NCBI GenBank assembly: GCA_947074185.1
Contig: CAMTOO010000001.1
Location: 12,615 to 76,614 of the forward strand
DNA from: an uncultured Negativicutes bacterium
GTDB lineage: Bacteria; Bacillota; Negativicutes; Acidaminococcales; Acidaminococcaceae
Reading direction: 5' to 3'
Length of the DNA stretch: 64,000 nt
Below the pieces are notes generated by a model. It made no database searches. It saw nothing but the letters and a program-made list of their open reading frames with translations, and was not told the DNA's origin. Shown piece after piece: positions 29,184 to 38,924 of this stretch (its first letter is position 1; the number at the start of each line of letters is the position of its first letter). The position numbers and the translations under genes are program-made.

Positions 29184-30674
29184 TTATTTGTTCAATAAAT
29201 CATTAAGCTTCATAAATTCTTTATAAGCTTTTTTTTCATTCGCAGTAACAAGTTTCATGCGCCAGCCTAAGAGTATTCCTATCTCTTTATTTAAAGCAGG
29301 TGAAACTTTGCCTCTTGCAAAATCCAATAACCCTTTATATTCATAGCCATCTACACAGAGTTCTTGTAATTCGTAGTAGGCTTTTTCTAATTGTTTATTA
29401 TAACTTTTATCCCAACTAGAACCTTTGAACAAATCTTTATTTGCATAAATAATGCTAACTAGATTATAAGCTTTAAGCGCTTGTTCTGCTGTTAATTTTT
29501 TCTTAGCATCTTTCGCTAAAGTGTTTATTTCAGCAAACAGTTCATCTAGACGACATTTAATTTGTTCTCCTGCTGGCAAGTATTTATCGTTACTCCATTT
29601 TGCGCCTTCTAATTCTGCAAGGGCTGCAAACATGACTCTATTATAAATACCTTTGCCAACTTGTTTATTTATGTTATTGCTTAAGCTTGCTATCTTTTCA
29701 TTGAGTAATATTGTTACTAAACTATTTTCTTTATACCCAATTTTTTCCCATTGATATAATAAACGTTTTAGCCTGCTAAATGCAACTAAAGGTTTTAATG
29801 CTACATCTAGATTTTGTTTAATTTTATCAGCAACATTAATAGAGCTACCTGTCCAGGCTAATAGACCTTCTAGATTCTCAAAGGATTTTAAAAATGTAAT
29901 TTCTGCATCTTTATTCTTACCTGAATCTAAAAATGTCTTTTGGTTTTTCAAAACGCCATCTGCATTTATGAAAAACATCTTTCTAAATTCATCATAAGCT
30001 AGTTCTTTGCTTGATATTTTAACTTTTTTAGAACTAGTCTTTTTCTCTAATAAACCTAACAAAGCTAATCCCCGCGCAAATTTACTGCGAGGCTCTACAA
30101 AGAATACTACTTTTTCTGCAAGTCGAGCAATAAAATTAAGCAGTTCACTTAGATTACCTTTTTTTATTTCAAATTCAATCTCATCAATTTTATCTTTGTA
30201 TTTCTCGCCTTTTATTTCACCTTGATCAATTGCTAATTCAACGGTGGTATTTTTTCTTATTTTCAAAAGGCGAACTTCTCTTTTTACATCAACAGTAAAA
30301 AGTTTTTCTAAGGTTTCCCCTTGCAAGATATCTTGCAAATCATCTTGAAAACCTAATGTTTCAAAGCCTTCAATTATAGGTTTTGCAGATCTTAAAGGTA
30401 AATTATATTCACAGCGTTCGGAAAATCCTCCTGCTGCTATTTTATCTGTTTTTATTGTAGCCTCATATTTCTTACCGTCTTTACGAACACGATAAGCTAT
30501 GCCTGCTTGTTTTAAATATAACGATGGAGTGTCATAATAAGTACTTACTAATTTAAGTTCTTTTTTACTACCTTTAATAGTATTTTTACTTACCAATGCT
30601 GAATCTAAAAGTTCTTTAAGATTCTTCTTGTCTAGCACTAATTTTATTTCAATTTCAGTATTATTTTCAAGCAT
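29184..30674 (-). CDS. CYTH + CHAD domain protein (triphosphate tunnel metalloenzyme / polyphosphate-associated)
   Basis: N-terminal EIEIKL (ExExK), followed by a long helical CHAD-like C-terminal part. Start at ATG 30674, preceded by GAGGTGAT. Confidence 0.75.
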   Translation of the reverse strand: MLENNTEIEIKLVLDKKNLKELLDSALVSKNTIKGSKKELKLVSTYYDTPSLYLKQAGIAYRVRKDGKKYEATIKTDKIAAGGFSERCEYNLPLRSAKPIIEGFETLGFQDDLQDILQGETLEKLFTVDVKREVRLLKIRKNTTVELAIDQGEIKGEKYKDKIDEIEFEIKKGNLSELLNFIARLAEKVVFFVEPRSKFARGLALLGLLEKKTSSKKVKISSKELAYDEFRKMFFINADGVLKNQKTFLDSGKNKDAEITFLKSFENLEGLLAWTGSSINVADKIKQNLDVALKPLVAFSRLKRLLYQWEKIGYKENSLVTILLNEKIASLSNNINKQVGKGIYNRVMFAALAELEGAKWSNDKYLPAGEQIKCRLDELFAEINTLAKDAKKKLTAEQALKAYNLVSIIYANKDLFKGSSWDKSYNKQLEKAYYELQELCVDGYEYKGLLDFARGKVSPALNKEIGILLGWRMKLVTANEKKAYKEFMKLNDLLNK

Positions 30675-30684
30675 TGCTATCACC

Positions 30685-31356
30685 TCACATTCGATCTTTT
30701 TCGCCAGTAATCTTCCATAACAATAACGGTATTCCAAATGCAACTAATAAAACTAAAGTTGCAACCATAAATGAATAATCAAATAATGATTTACCTAAAA
30801 ATACATATGCTATAGCTCCTGGAATCATACCTAGAAAAGTTGCTAGGGCATATGGTTTATAAGACATTGTTGTACAACCTGTCATAAGACTAATGGCATC
30901 ATAAGGGAAAATAGGTACCGTTCTTAACCATAACATGCGAATAAAATTTTTCTTTTCATCAGCCAAATAATTATGAATCTTCAGTCCCCATTTGCCTCCA
31001 TGCTCCACAAAAAGATTTTCTCCAAATCCTAAACGCGAAGCAAAGAATAATAATGTAGCGCTACTTAATCCTCCACATAATAGCAATAGTACTCCTACTA
31101 TAGGTGTGAAGAGTATACCTGCTGCCAAATTTAGCAAAAGACTTGGAAACAACAATATTGGCCTTATAGTATATAAAGCAACATATACAATTGGTCCCCA
31201 AATACCAAAGCCTAGTATCCAGTTTTGAATATCTTCTACAGAGCTTGGATGAAACACCTCTGGCGATTGATATACATAGCCAATTAAAAATAAATAAAAT
31301 ACTGCTGCTATAAGTTTTCTATGTCTAGTTATTATATTAGAATTGCTTTCTTCCAA
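30685..31356 (-). CDS. TVP38/TMEM64 (DedA-related) membrane protein
   Basis: 223-aa polytopic protein with ..R..P..P..L.N..AG.. pattern. Confidence 0.7.
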   Translation of the reverse strand: MEESNSNIITRHRKLIAAVFYLFLIGYVYQSPEVFHPSSVEDIQNWILGFGIWGPIVYVALYTIRPILLFPSLLLNLAAGILFTPIVGVLLLLCGGLSSATLLFFASRLGFGENLFVEHGGKWGLKIHNYLADEKKNFIRMLWLRTVPIFPYDAISLMTGCTTMSYKPYALATFLGMIPGAIAYVFLGKSLFDYSFMVATLVLLVAFGIPLLLWKITGEKDRM

Positions 31357-31444
31357 AATGTTTTTATAATTTATTTTTTAAGTAAATTATTCCTTTCATG
31401 ATGTTACTATTATCTTAAATCCTTTTGCCTATTCTTGCAAGCAA

Positions 31445-31481
31445 AACAAAAAGTCTATTACAGAAATCTGCAATAGACTTT
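31445..31481 (-). terminator. metH terminator
   Basis: On the minus strand: AAAGTCTATTGCAG-loop-TGTAATAGACTTT followed by TTGTTTTG. Confidence 0.7.
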
Positions 31482-31486
31482 TATAT

Positions 31487-33853
31487 TTATTTTAATATTT
31501 CATTAGCATAGTTCACTGCGTTAATAGCTGTTGCAGCATAGGCATCTGCTCCAATTCGCGCTGCATATTCTTCAGTAAGTACTGCACCGCCTACTACAAT
31601 TTTACAAGTTGAAACTTTGCGTAATTCTTTAATAGTTTCTTCCATCGCTCCAACAGTAGTAGTCATTAAAGCTGATAAACCTACTAATTCTGCCTTGTAT
31701 TCCACAACTGCTGCCACAATTGTTTCTGGTGCTACATCTTTGCCTAAATCCACAATACGGTAACCATAATTTTCTAAAAGTACTTTAACAATATTTTTAC
31801 CAATATCATGAATATCGCCTTTTACTGTTGCCATAACGATAACTTGTTTATCACTTTCGATATTATTCTTACTAGTGAAATCTTTGATAATTTCAAAAGC
31901 AGCTTTTGCGCTATCTGCACTCATTAAAAGTTGTGGTAAAAATAAACGTTTTTGCTCGAATTCCTCACCTACAACATTTAAAGCAGGAATCATATATTTA
32001 TTAATAATATCTAAAGGTTCTTCAGTAGTAAGTAGTTTTTTTACTGCCTCGCAACTTTGTTTAGATAACCCCTTAATAATCGCTTCAGTTAAAGAATATT
32101 CCTCTTTGCCTGCTGACACTGCTTGTTCTTTAGGCTTGTCAACAAATTGCGCTGTGTACGCTTTGCAACCATCATCAAAACCACCTAAAGCATTATAGGC
32201 ATAATAGGTTTCCATCATTCTTTCAGTATTAGGATTAATGATGCCACAGGACAGCCCAGCTTCAAGTGCAAGAGCAAAGAAAGTTGTATTGACTGCATCT
32301 CTATTAGGCAAACCAAAAGAGATGTTAGAAACGCCCATAATTGTTTTAATCCCTTTAGCAGTAAAATGCCTAATGATTTCTAAATCAACTTTAGCATTTT
32401 CACTACCTGTACTAATAGTTAGAGCTAATGGATCGATAATAATATTCTTAGCATCAATACCATATAAAGCTGCTTGATGAATTATTCTTTCACCAATTTC
32501 AATTCTTCCAGCGGCGTCCTCTGGGATTCCATTATCATCTAAGCAAAGCGCTACTACAACTGCACCATACTTTTTCACAAGAGGTAGAACTTTTGTCATT
32601 GATTCTTCTTTACCATTAACAGAGTTTAGTAAAGGCTTACCATTATAAATACGTAATGCCTTTTCCATTGCCTCATAATTTGAGGTATCTATTTGTAATG
32701 GAACAGAAGTAATCCCTTGCAAAGTAAGTATTGCTTTTTCTAAAATTTTAGGTTCATCAATTCCTGGAACACCAACATTAACATCTAAAACATGAGCACC
32801 CTTTTCGATTTGTTCAATACCTAACTTAGATATATAGTCAAAATCTTCATCAAGAATCGCTTGCTTTAATCTTGGCTTACCAGTTGGATTTATTCTTTCA
32901 CCAATTATAATTGCTTCTTCATTAAAAACTACTGCATTACCATAAGCAGCTACAATAGTCTTTTTTACTGCATTATTAAAGGGTTTGTAATCTTTACAAA
33001 CTTCTACTAATTTTTGAATATGTGCTGGAGTTGTACCACAACAACCACCTAAAATAGCAATTCCCTTTTCGGCAATTTTAGACATGATATTAGCAAATTC
33101 ATCTGGATCTACATCAAAATATGTTTTTCCATCGCGTTCTACAGGTAAACCTGCATTAGGATTTATCATAAACGGTAAATCCGTTGCACTTAATCCCTCT
33201 TCTAAGAAGTTTAAAATTTGCTCTGGTCCTAAACCACAGTTAAAACCAATGATGTCTACTCCTAAGCCTTCTGCCATAGCACAAGTTGAAGTAACAGAAG
33301 CACCAGTTAGAAGTTTACCATCAATATCAAAAGTAAAAGAACTAATAATAGGCAAATCACTATTTTCTTTAGCAGCCAAAATAGCTGCCTTCGCCTCATA
33401 ATTGTCGCTCATTGTTTCTATTAGAACAACATCTACCCCAGCCTTAACACCTGCTTTAACTGTCTCTGCATATAATTTTACAGCTTCCTCAAAAGGTAAA
33501 TCTCCATATGGCTCTAACAGTTTACCTGTTGGTCCTAAATTAAGTGCAATAAAAGTTTTTTCTTTACCATTAATTGCTTTACGTGCATTTTCTACAGCGG
33601 CACAAACTACATCCTCTACTGTATATTCCCCGCCTTGAGGAAATTTCAAAGCATTCGCACCAAAAGTATTTGTTTTTATTAAATTAGCACCAGCGTCAAT
33701 ATAAGAACGATGAACATTCTGGATAACTTCTGGATGAGTGAAATTCCAAATTTCAGGAAGTTCGCCTGGTTTTAAACCTTGAGCTTGAAGCATTGTTCCC
33801 ATTGCTCCATCAAAAAACAATATTTCTTTTTTTAATAACTCTTTAAATTTCAT
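31487..33853 (-). CDS. metH: Methionine synthase (Hcy-binding, pterin-binding and B12-binding modules, without the activation domain)
   Basis: 788 aa with GGCCGTTP (Hcy S-methyltransferase) and B12-binding DIHDIGKN. Confidence 0.92.
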   Translation of the reverse strand: MKFKELLKKEILFFDGAMGTMLQAQGLKPGELPEIWNFTHPEVIQNVHRSYIDAGANLIKTNTFGANALKFPQGGEYTVEDVVCAAVENARKAINGKEKTFIALNLGPTGKLLEPYGDLPFEEAVKLYAETVKAGVKAGVDVVLIETMSDNYEAKAAILAAKENSDLPIISSFTFDIDGKLLTGASVTSTCAMAEGLGVDIIGFNCGLGPEQILNFLEEGLSATDLPFMINPNAGLPVERDGKTYFDVDPDEFANIMSKIAEKGIAILGGCCGTTPAHIQKLVEVCKDYKPFNNAVKKTIVAAYGNAVVFNEEAIIIGERINPTGKPRLKQAILDEDFDYISKLGIEQIEKGAHVLDVNVGVPGIDEPKILEKAILTLQGITSVPLQIDTSNYEAMEKALRIYNGKPLLNSVNGKEESMTKVLPLVKKYGAVVVALCLDDNGIPEDAAGRIEIGERIIHQAALYGIDAKNIIIDPLALTISTGSENAKVDLEIIRHFTAKGIKTIMGVSNISFGLPNRDAVNTTFFALALEAGLSCGIINPNTERMMETYYAYNALGGFDDGCKAYTAQFVDKPKEQAVSAGKEEYSLTEAIIKGLSKQSCEAVKKLLTTEEPLDIINKYMIPALNVVGEEFEQKRLFLPQLLMSADSAKAAFEIIKDFTSKNNIESDKQVIVMATVKGDIHDIGKNIVKVLLENYGYRIVDLGKDVAPETIVAAVVEYKAELVGLSALMTTTVGAMEETIKELRKVSTCKIVVGGAVLTEEYAARIGADAYAATAINAVNYANEILK

Positions 33854-33867
33854 ATTTCACTGTTCCT

Positions 33868-34506
33868 TTAGTTAGTTTTGCGATATTCACAATTACCATT
33901 AGTACATTCATCGCATTTATTAATATTTTTTTCAGTCTTCCCTTGACGAATACCGATTACTGCTGTAACAGATTTTATAGGCGCCATCATACAACTATCT
34001 GTCAAAGTTAGACCTATTTTTTTGGATGTATCAAGTAGATTTGTTAGTGTTTTTTGCTCTAATAAATCCCAGTCGCTATATCCAGGAGAAAATCTATTAG
34101 TTAAGCTTTCCCCCTCAGGCAAACTGCGTTCTAGTTCACAACAAATCTCATCACAATAACTTTCAATTAGAGCCGCACTAACAGCTTGTACAGCTGCAGC
34201 TTCCGCTAAATCTGTTACTGTAAGTTGACGCAACACTTTATCAACACCAGCCCCAAGTGTTGCAGCAAATAAAAATACTTCCTTACAACCTTTTAGGTGT
34301 GTTGCTAAATCCTTGCTATTAAATTTTTCGCGACCATCTATCAGTACAGTAGAATCATTAATTTCACATGCTACGCGCATGTATGTAGATTTAGCTTTAA
34401 CCTCGTTACGAACTTTTAAATAAGCTAAATCAACTAAGGATCCTGCTCTTACATCATCTTTAGTCGTTCCAAAATACCTTAAGGCTTCTTCTCTATTGTA
34501 TTTCAT
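33868..34506 (-). CDS. Stand-alone methionine synthase activation (AdoMet-binding)-like domain protein
   Basis: 212 aa, located between metF and metH. Shows ..RFSPGYSDW.. and a C-terminal Cys cluster CDECTNGNC. Confidence 0.65.
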   Translation of the reverse strand: MKYNREEALRYFGTTKDDVRAGSLVDLAYLKVRNEVKAKSTYMRVACEINDSTVLIDGREKFNSKDLATHLKGCKEVFLFAATLGAGVDKVLRQLTVTDLAEAAAVQAVSAALIESYCDEICCELERSLPEGESLTNRFSPGYSDWDLLEQKTLTNLLDTSKKIGLTLTDSCMMAPIKSVTAVIGIRQGKTEKNINKCDECTNGNCEYRKTN

Positions 34507-34522
34507 AATACATCACTTTCTA

Positions 34523-35380
34523 CTATTTCAAAAGTTCAGAAAGATTTTTTCTTATTGTACCTATAATCTCTGGTTTATTCATTGTATATACATGAATATT
34601 ACTAAATCCATTAGCAATCAAATCAACTATTTGCCCTGTAGCATATGCAATACCTGCTTGTTGCATTGCTTCTGGTTTATCAGCAAACTTTTCAACAATA
34701 GCTCTAAAATGAGGTGGCAAAGTTGTTCCACTAAGCTCACAAATTCTTTTTATTTGGCTTACATTGGTAACTGGCATAATTCCAGGTACAACAGGAACAT
34801 TAATTCCTTTAGCCATCAAACGATACATGTAATTATATAATATTTCGTTTTCAAATACCATTTGTGTTACTAAAAACTCACAACCGGATTCTACTTTTAT
34901 TTTTGTGTTTAAAATATCTTGATCTAGACTAATTGCTTCTGGATGACCTTGAGGATAGCAAGCTCCACCCACGCAAAAATCGCCATAACTTTTAATTTTT
35001 GCTACTAAATCACTTGCATGTGCAAAAGAACCTTTTGTATCGCCTTCTGTTATTAAGTCTCCTCGTAATGCTAAAACATTTTCAATACCAGAAGCTTGTA
35101 ATTTAGAAAGGATATCTTCAATTTTACTTTCATCCGCCCCAACACAAGTTAAATGTGCTAGTGCTGGCAAACCATTTTTTTCTATTTCAGCAGCAATAGC
35201 AACAGTTTCTCCTACTGAAGTTCCTCCTGCACCATAAGTAACACTCATAAAATCAGTACCAGTATCTGCTATTTTGCTTATAATACCAAATGCATTTTGC
35301 AATTCACTACCTGATTTAGGTGGAAATATCTCACAGGAAATACTTATATCATTACTATTTAAAATGTTACTTAATTTCAT
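34523..35380 (-). CDS. metF: Methylenetetrahydrofolate reductase
   Basis: 285 aa, EIFPPK.. with VTYGAGG. Confidence 0.9.
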   Translation of the reverse strand: MKLSNILNSNDISISCEIFPPKSGSELQNAFGIISKIADTGTDFMSVTYGAGGTSVGETVAIAAEIEKNGLPALAHLTCVGADESKIEDILSKLQASGIENVLALRGDLITEGDTKGSFAHASDLVAKIKSYGDFCVGGACYPQGHPEAISLDQDILNTKIKVESGCEFLVTQMVFENEILYNYMYRLMAKGINVPVVPGIMPVTNVSQIKRICELSGTTLPPHFRAIVEKFADKPEAMQQAGIAYATGQIVDLIANGFSNIHVYTMNKPEIIGTIRKNLSELLK

Positions 35381-35403
35381 TTTTATATCCTTTCAATGGT
35401 AAA

Positions 35404-35435
35404 TAAAAAAGGGATAAGCGCATATGCTTATCCCT
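35404..35435 (-). terminator. Terminator of the DUF3298 gene, immediately upstream of metF
   Basis: On the minus strand: AGGGATAAGC-loop-GCTTATCCCT followed by TTTTTT. Confidence 0.75.
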
Positions 35436-35449
35436 CTACTTTGATTATA

Positions 35450-36280
35450 TTAGATATGAATAATATCTGCAATTGTATCAACAGCAATTGTATAAGTTTG
35501 GATACCTTCTGAAATAGGAGCTATTTCGCCTGGTGCATAAACAATTACAATGTCAGCTTTATCAGTAACATAGAATTTTTCCTTGCCAGTAATGTTGGAA
35601 GGTTTTTTAGCATATGCTTTTGCATCACTACCTGCACGATCATGCATGATGTCAATAATGCGTTCTGTTCCTTTATTTTGAATGTCGATTAACATATTAA
35701 GTCTTGTTTTGTAATCAGCACCTGCTGCAAACATATTTTCAAGAGACATCGCTCTACCAGTTTTCAAATCATAATTGAATGTATCAACATACACATTATC
35801 ATGAGCTCCACCAGTATTATATTTTGATTCTTGGTATACAGAAATAAATGTATCACTATGAGCTTTAACAGCATATTCTGTGTCTAAGAAAAGATCAGCA
35901 ACAGTTCCTGTAGCTGCTTTCATTTCATTGAAATCATTATTTACTTGTTTAGCAAGAACTTTCATATATGCATTATATTTTTTAGCATTAGTAATTTCAC
36001 CATTTTCATCTATAAAAACTTGTCTTCCTTCTTCAGCTTGAGCAGTTGGAATTATTGAATAAGCTGGAACCAATGCATATTCTGCTAAAAGAATATTGAC
36101 ATGACGATCTACTTTAGGACCACCTTGAGCACCAGTGATAACAGGAGCATTAATTTTTACTTTTCCTGCTTTTCCCCCAATGTTTTTAATTAATAACTCT
36201 TCTGCAAAACAGCTAGCAGACATACTTAATGCAACAGCAGTTGCTGCACATACAGTTAAAAATTTTTTGTTTAATTTCAT
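35450..36280 (-). CDS. DUF3298/DUF4163 (RsiV-like) secreted protein
   Basis: Has a signal peptide and NTGGAHDN..FNYDLKTGRAMSLENMF. Start at ATG 36280, with GGAGG 8 nt upstream. Confidence 0.7.
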   Translation of the reverse strand: MKLNKKFLTVCAATAVALSMSASCFAEELLIKNIGGKAGKVKINAPVITGAQGGPKVDRHVNILLAEYALVPAYSIIPTAQAEEGRQVFIDENGEITNAKKYNAYMKVLAKQVNNDFNEMKAATGTVADLFLDTEYAVKAHSDTFISVYQESKYNTGGAHDNVYVDTFNYDLKTGRAMSLENMFAAGADYKTRLNMLIDIQNKGTERIIDIMHDRAGSDAKAYAKKPSNITGKEKFYVTDKADIVIVYAPGEIAPISEGIQTYTIAVDTIADIIHI

Positions 36281-36364
36281 AAATACCGCCTCCACTAATA
36301 ATTTTTTCTTACCATGTAATTATATCACAATAACGTCAATGTTTAAATGTTTTTTTATTTGAAA

Positions 36365-36393
36365 ACAAAAAAAGATGAACAAAATGTTCATCT
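36365..36393 (-). terminator. tRNA operon terminator
   Basis: On the minus strand: AGATGAACA-loop-GTTCATCT followed by TTTTTTTG. Confidence 0.75.
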
Positions 36394-36402
36394 TTTTTCT
36401 TT

Positions 36403-36478
36403 TGGTGGGCACTGACGGGATCGAACCGCCGACATTCTGCTTGTAAGGCAGACGCTCTCCCAGCTGAGCTAAGCGCCC
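36403..36478 (-). tRNA. tRNA-Val (anticodon TAC), CCA encoded
   Basis: Manual cloverleaf: GGGCGCT acceptor stem, anticodon loop CTTACAA, T-loop GGTTCGATCC. Confidence 0.9.
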
Positions 36479-36481
36479 GTA

Positions 36482-36556
36482 TGGTGACCGGTAGGGGAAT
36501 CGAACCCCTGATACCGCCGTGAAAGGGCGGTGTCTTAACCGCTTGACCAACCGGCC
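36482..36556 (-). tRNA. tRNA-Glu (anticodon TTC), CCA encoded
   Basis: GGCCGGTTGGTCAAGCGGTTAAGACAC.., anticodon loop CTTTCAC. Confidence 0.9.
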
Positions 36557-36558
36557 AT

Positions 36559-36634
36559 TGGCTCCTCGAGTAGGACTCGAACCTACAACAACTCGGTTAA
36601 CAGCCGAGTGCTCTACCGATTGAGCTATCGAGGA
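36559..36634 (-). tRNA. tRNA-Asn (anticodon GTT), CCA encoded
   Basis: TCCTCGA acceptor stem, anticodon loop CTGTTAA, T-loop GGTTCGAGTCC. Confidence 0.9.
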
Positions 36635-36659
36635 ATACGTCAAAACGACTACGAAAGTT

Positions 36660-36688
36660 ATTATAGTATAAACACAATTCTTTGTCAA
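36660..36688 (-). promoter_or_regulatory. Consensus sigma-70 promoter of the tRNA operon
   Basis: On the minus strand: TTGACA, a 17-nt spacer, then TATAAT, ~25 nt upstream of tRNA-Asn. Confidence 0.8.
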
Positions 36689-36734
36689 CATTATTTTTCA
36701 AAAAATCTTTTTATACCGTTTTGCCCCTCGATTT

Positions 36735-37199
36735 TTACTTGCGAACTTTCACTACAATTTTTTGAACAGACTCTTTATTTTCTCCTATTTTACAGCCTGG
36801 ACGATGATACTCCCAAGGAAAGAAAATGGCAAACACTTTTTGTCCTAAAACAACCTGGTTTTGTTCAGAAAAATCTTCATAAAATAGTAAATCTCTTTCT
36901 TCTGCGTAATCTTCCACTAATTTTAAATTTTTAATATCTTCATCATAATATATTATTTCAGAACCTTTATTCAAATACTGAATATCAATATATTCAACAT
37001 GTCTTTCTGGCTTTTTAGCCTCAGCGGCCTCGGTATCGTAAGTATTTACTATAGCAAATACATCTTTACCTTTTATTTCATAAGTGCCATTTTCCATATT
37101 AGAAAAATCTGTTTCTAATATGTACTTTAGTCCTAATTGCAAGTTTTCACTTAAATATGGTAAAAGCTTATGAATTTCATTCTTTTTTCCACTTATCAT
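36735..37199 (-). CDS. YhcH/YjgK/YiaL (DUF386) family protein
   Basis: Family-typical ..PERHVEYIDIQY.. Start at ATG 37199, with GGGGGA 8 nt upstream. Confidence 0.7.
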   Translation of the reverse strand: MISGKKNEIHKLLPYLSENLQLGLKYILETDFSNMENGTYEIKGKDVFAIVNTYDTEAAEAKKPERHVEYIDIQYLNKGSEIIYYDEDIKNLKLVEDYAEERDLLFYEDFSEQNQVVLGQKVFAIFFPWEYHRPGCKIGENKESVQKIVVKVRK

Positions 37200-37323
37200 A
37201 AGAGTTTCCCCCTTTTTGTCTTTATAAAAGCATATCATAAAGTTATCTTAAAATAAATATCCTTTACAAAATTTCTTCCTTTGGGTAAAATTAGGAGTAT
37301 ATTTTTAATGAAAGAGGTTTACC

Positions 37324-38880
37324 ATGAGTTATTTAAACGTTACTAATGTTAGCCATTCCTTTGGCGGCAGACAAATTCTTGAAAATGTTTCTTTCAAGTT
37401 ATTAAAAGGAGAACACGTTGGTCTTGTAGGCGCTAATGGCGAAGGCAAATCCAGCTTCTTAAATATTGTTACAGGTAATCTTTTACCAGATGATGGTAAA
37501 GTAGAATGGCCTGGTAAAGTTACTGTTGGTTATTTAGATCAACAAAGCACTTTAGAAAAAGGCATGACTATCCGCGAAGTGCTTCACACTGCTTTCAATG
37601 CTGATTTTGAAGCAGAACAAGAAATGCTTACAATTTATGATAAGATGGAGTCCGCTACACCTGAAGAATTAGATAAAATGATGGTTAAAGTTGGCGAAAT
37701 ACAGTCAGAATTAGAAAGCAGCGGTTTCTATTCTCTTGATAGTAAAATAGAAGAATTTGCTAACGGACTTGGACTTGGTGACATTGGTCTAGATAAAGAT
37801 GTTGCTGAACTTTCTGGTGGACAACGCAGCAAAGTGCTTTTAACAAAACTTTTATTACAAAATGCTTCTATTCTTCTTTTAGACGAACCTACAAACTATC
37901 TTGATGTTGAACACATCGAATGGCTTACTAAGTTCTTGCAAAACTACGAAAATGCATTTATCTTAATTTCTCATGATATTGCATTTTTAAATAATGTTGT
38001 AAATGTTATTTATCACTTAGAAAACTGTGAACTTACTCGTTATTCGGGTGATTATGATAAATTCCAAGAGCTTTACGCTATCTATAAATCACAAAAAGAA
38101 AGTGCTTATGAACGCCAACAACAAGAAGTTGCTAAACTAGAAGATTTTATTGCGCGTAATAAAGCACGTGTTGCTACGACCGGTATGGCACGTAGTAGAC
38201 AAAAGAAACTAGATAAAATGGATATTATTGAAAAACCAAGGGAAAAACTTAAACCAACCTTTAAGTTTAACGAAGCTCGCACCCCTAGTCGTTTCATTGT
38301 ACAAGCAAAAGATTTAGTTTTAGGCTATGATTCTCCTCTTACTAAACCTGTAAGTTTCAACATTGAACGTGGCGAAAAAATCGCTATTCGTGGTGTAAAC
38401 GGGCTTGGTAAAACAACTCTTTTAAAAACTATTTTAGGTAAAATAAAACCTATCGAAGGTAATGTAGAATTAGGCGATTTTGTTGAACCTGGTTATTTCG
38501 AACAAGAAGAACGTGAGAAAAACCAAAATACTGCTTTAGATGATGTTTGGAACGAATATCCTGGCATGAACAACTATGAAGTGCGTGCAGCGCTTGCTGG
38601 TTGTGGTTTGACTAACGACCACATTACTAGTAAAGTTTTCGTTCTTAGTGGTGGCGAAGCAGCAAAAGTCCGTCTTTGCAAACTTATGCTAAAGCAAATT
38701 AACTGGCTAGTTTTAGATGAACCTACAAACCATTTAGATGTGGATGCTAAAGAAGAATTAAAGCGTGCTTTAAAAGATTTCAAAGGCACTATTTTGCTTG
38801 TTTCCCATGAACCTGAATTCTATGAAGGTCTTGTTTCAACTGTTTGGAATATCGAAGACTGGACAACTAAAATTATTTAA
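37324..38880 (+). CDS. ABC-F family ATPase (two ABC cassettes, no TM domain)
   Basis: GANGEGKS and GVNGLGKT Walker A motifs, LSGGQ and LSGGE signatures, and an inter-domain linker. Confidence 0.9.
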   Translation: MSYLNVTNVSHSFGGRQILENVSFKLLKGEHVGLVGANGEGKSSFLNIVTGNLLPDDGKVEWPGKVTVGYLDQQSTLEKGMTIREVLHTAFNADFEAEQEMLTIYDKMESATPEELDKMMVKVGEIQSELESSGFYSLDSKIEEFANGLGLGDIGLDKDVAELSGGQRSKVLLTKLLLQNASILLLDEPTNYLDVEHIEWLTKFLQNYENAFILISHDIAFLNNVVNVIYHLENCELTRYSGDYDKFQELYAIYKSQKESAYERQQQEVAKLEDFIARNKARVATTGMARSRQKKLDKMDIIEKPREKLKPTFKFNEARTPSRFIVQAKDLVLGYDSPLTKPVSFNIERGEKIAIRGVNGLGKTTLLKTILGKIKPIEGNVELGDFVEPGYFEQEEREKNQNTALDDVWNEYPGMNNYEVRAALAGCGLTNDHITSKVFVLSGGEAAKVRLCKLMLKQINWLVLDEPTNHLDVDAKEELKRALKDFKGTILLVSHEPEFYEGLVSTVWNIEDWTTKII

Positions 38881-38881
38881 T

Positions 38882-38921
38882 AAAAAACCTTTCAACACTA
38901 TTAATGTTGAAAGGTTTTTTT
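38882..38921. terminator. Bidirectional terminator
   Basis: AAAAACCTTTCAACA-loop-TGTTGAAAGGTTTTT between convergent genes. Confidence 0.8.
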
Positions 38922-38924
38922 ATG

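Noticed and set aside
35381-35449. SAM or T-box riboswitch upstream of metF
   Set aside because: The 69-nt gap is almost entirely taken up by the upstream gene's terminator hairpin, which leaves too little room for either element.
36320-36691. 123-aa minus-strand ORF
   Set aside because: It is a translation through three tRNA genes (Val, Glu, Asn) and their terminator. Its apparent Gly/Arg/Pro richness simply reflects tRNA GC content.
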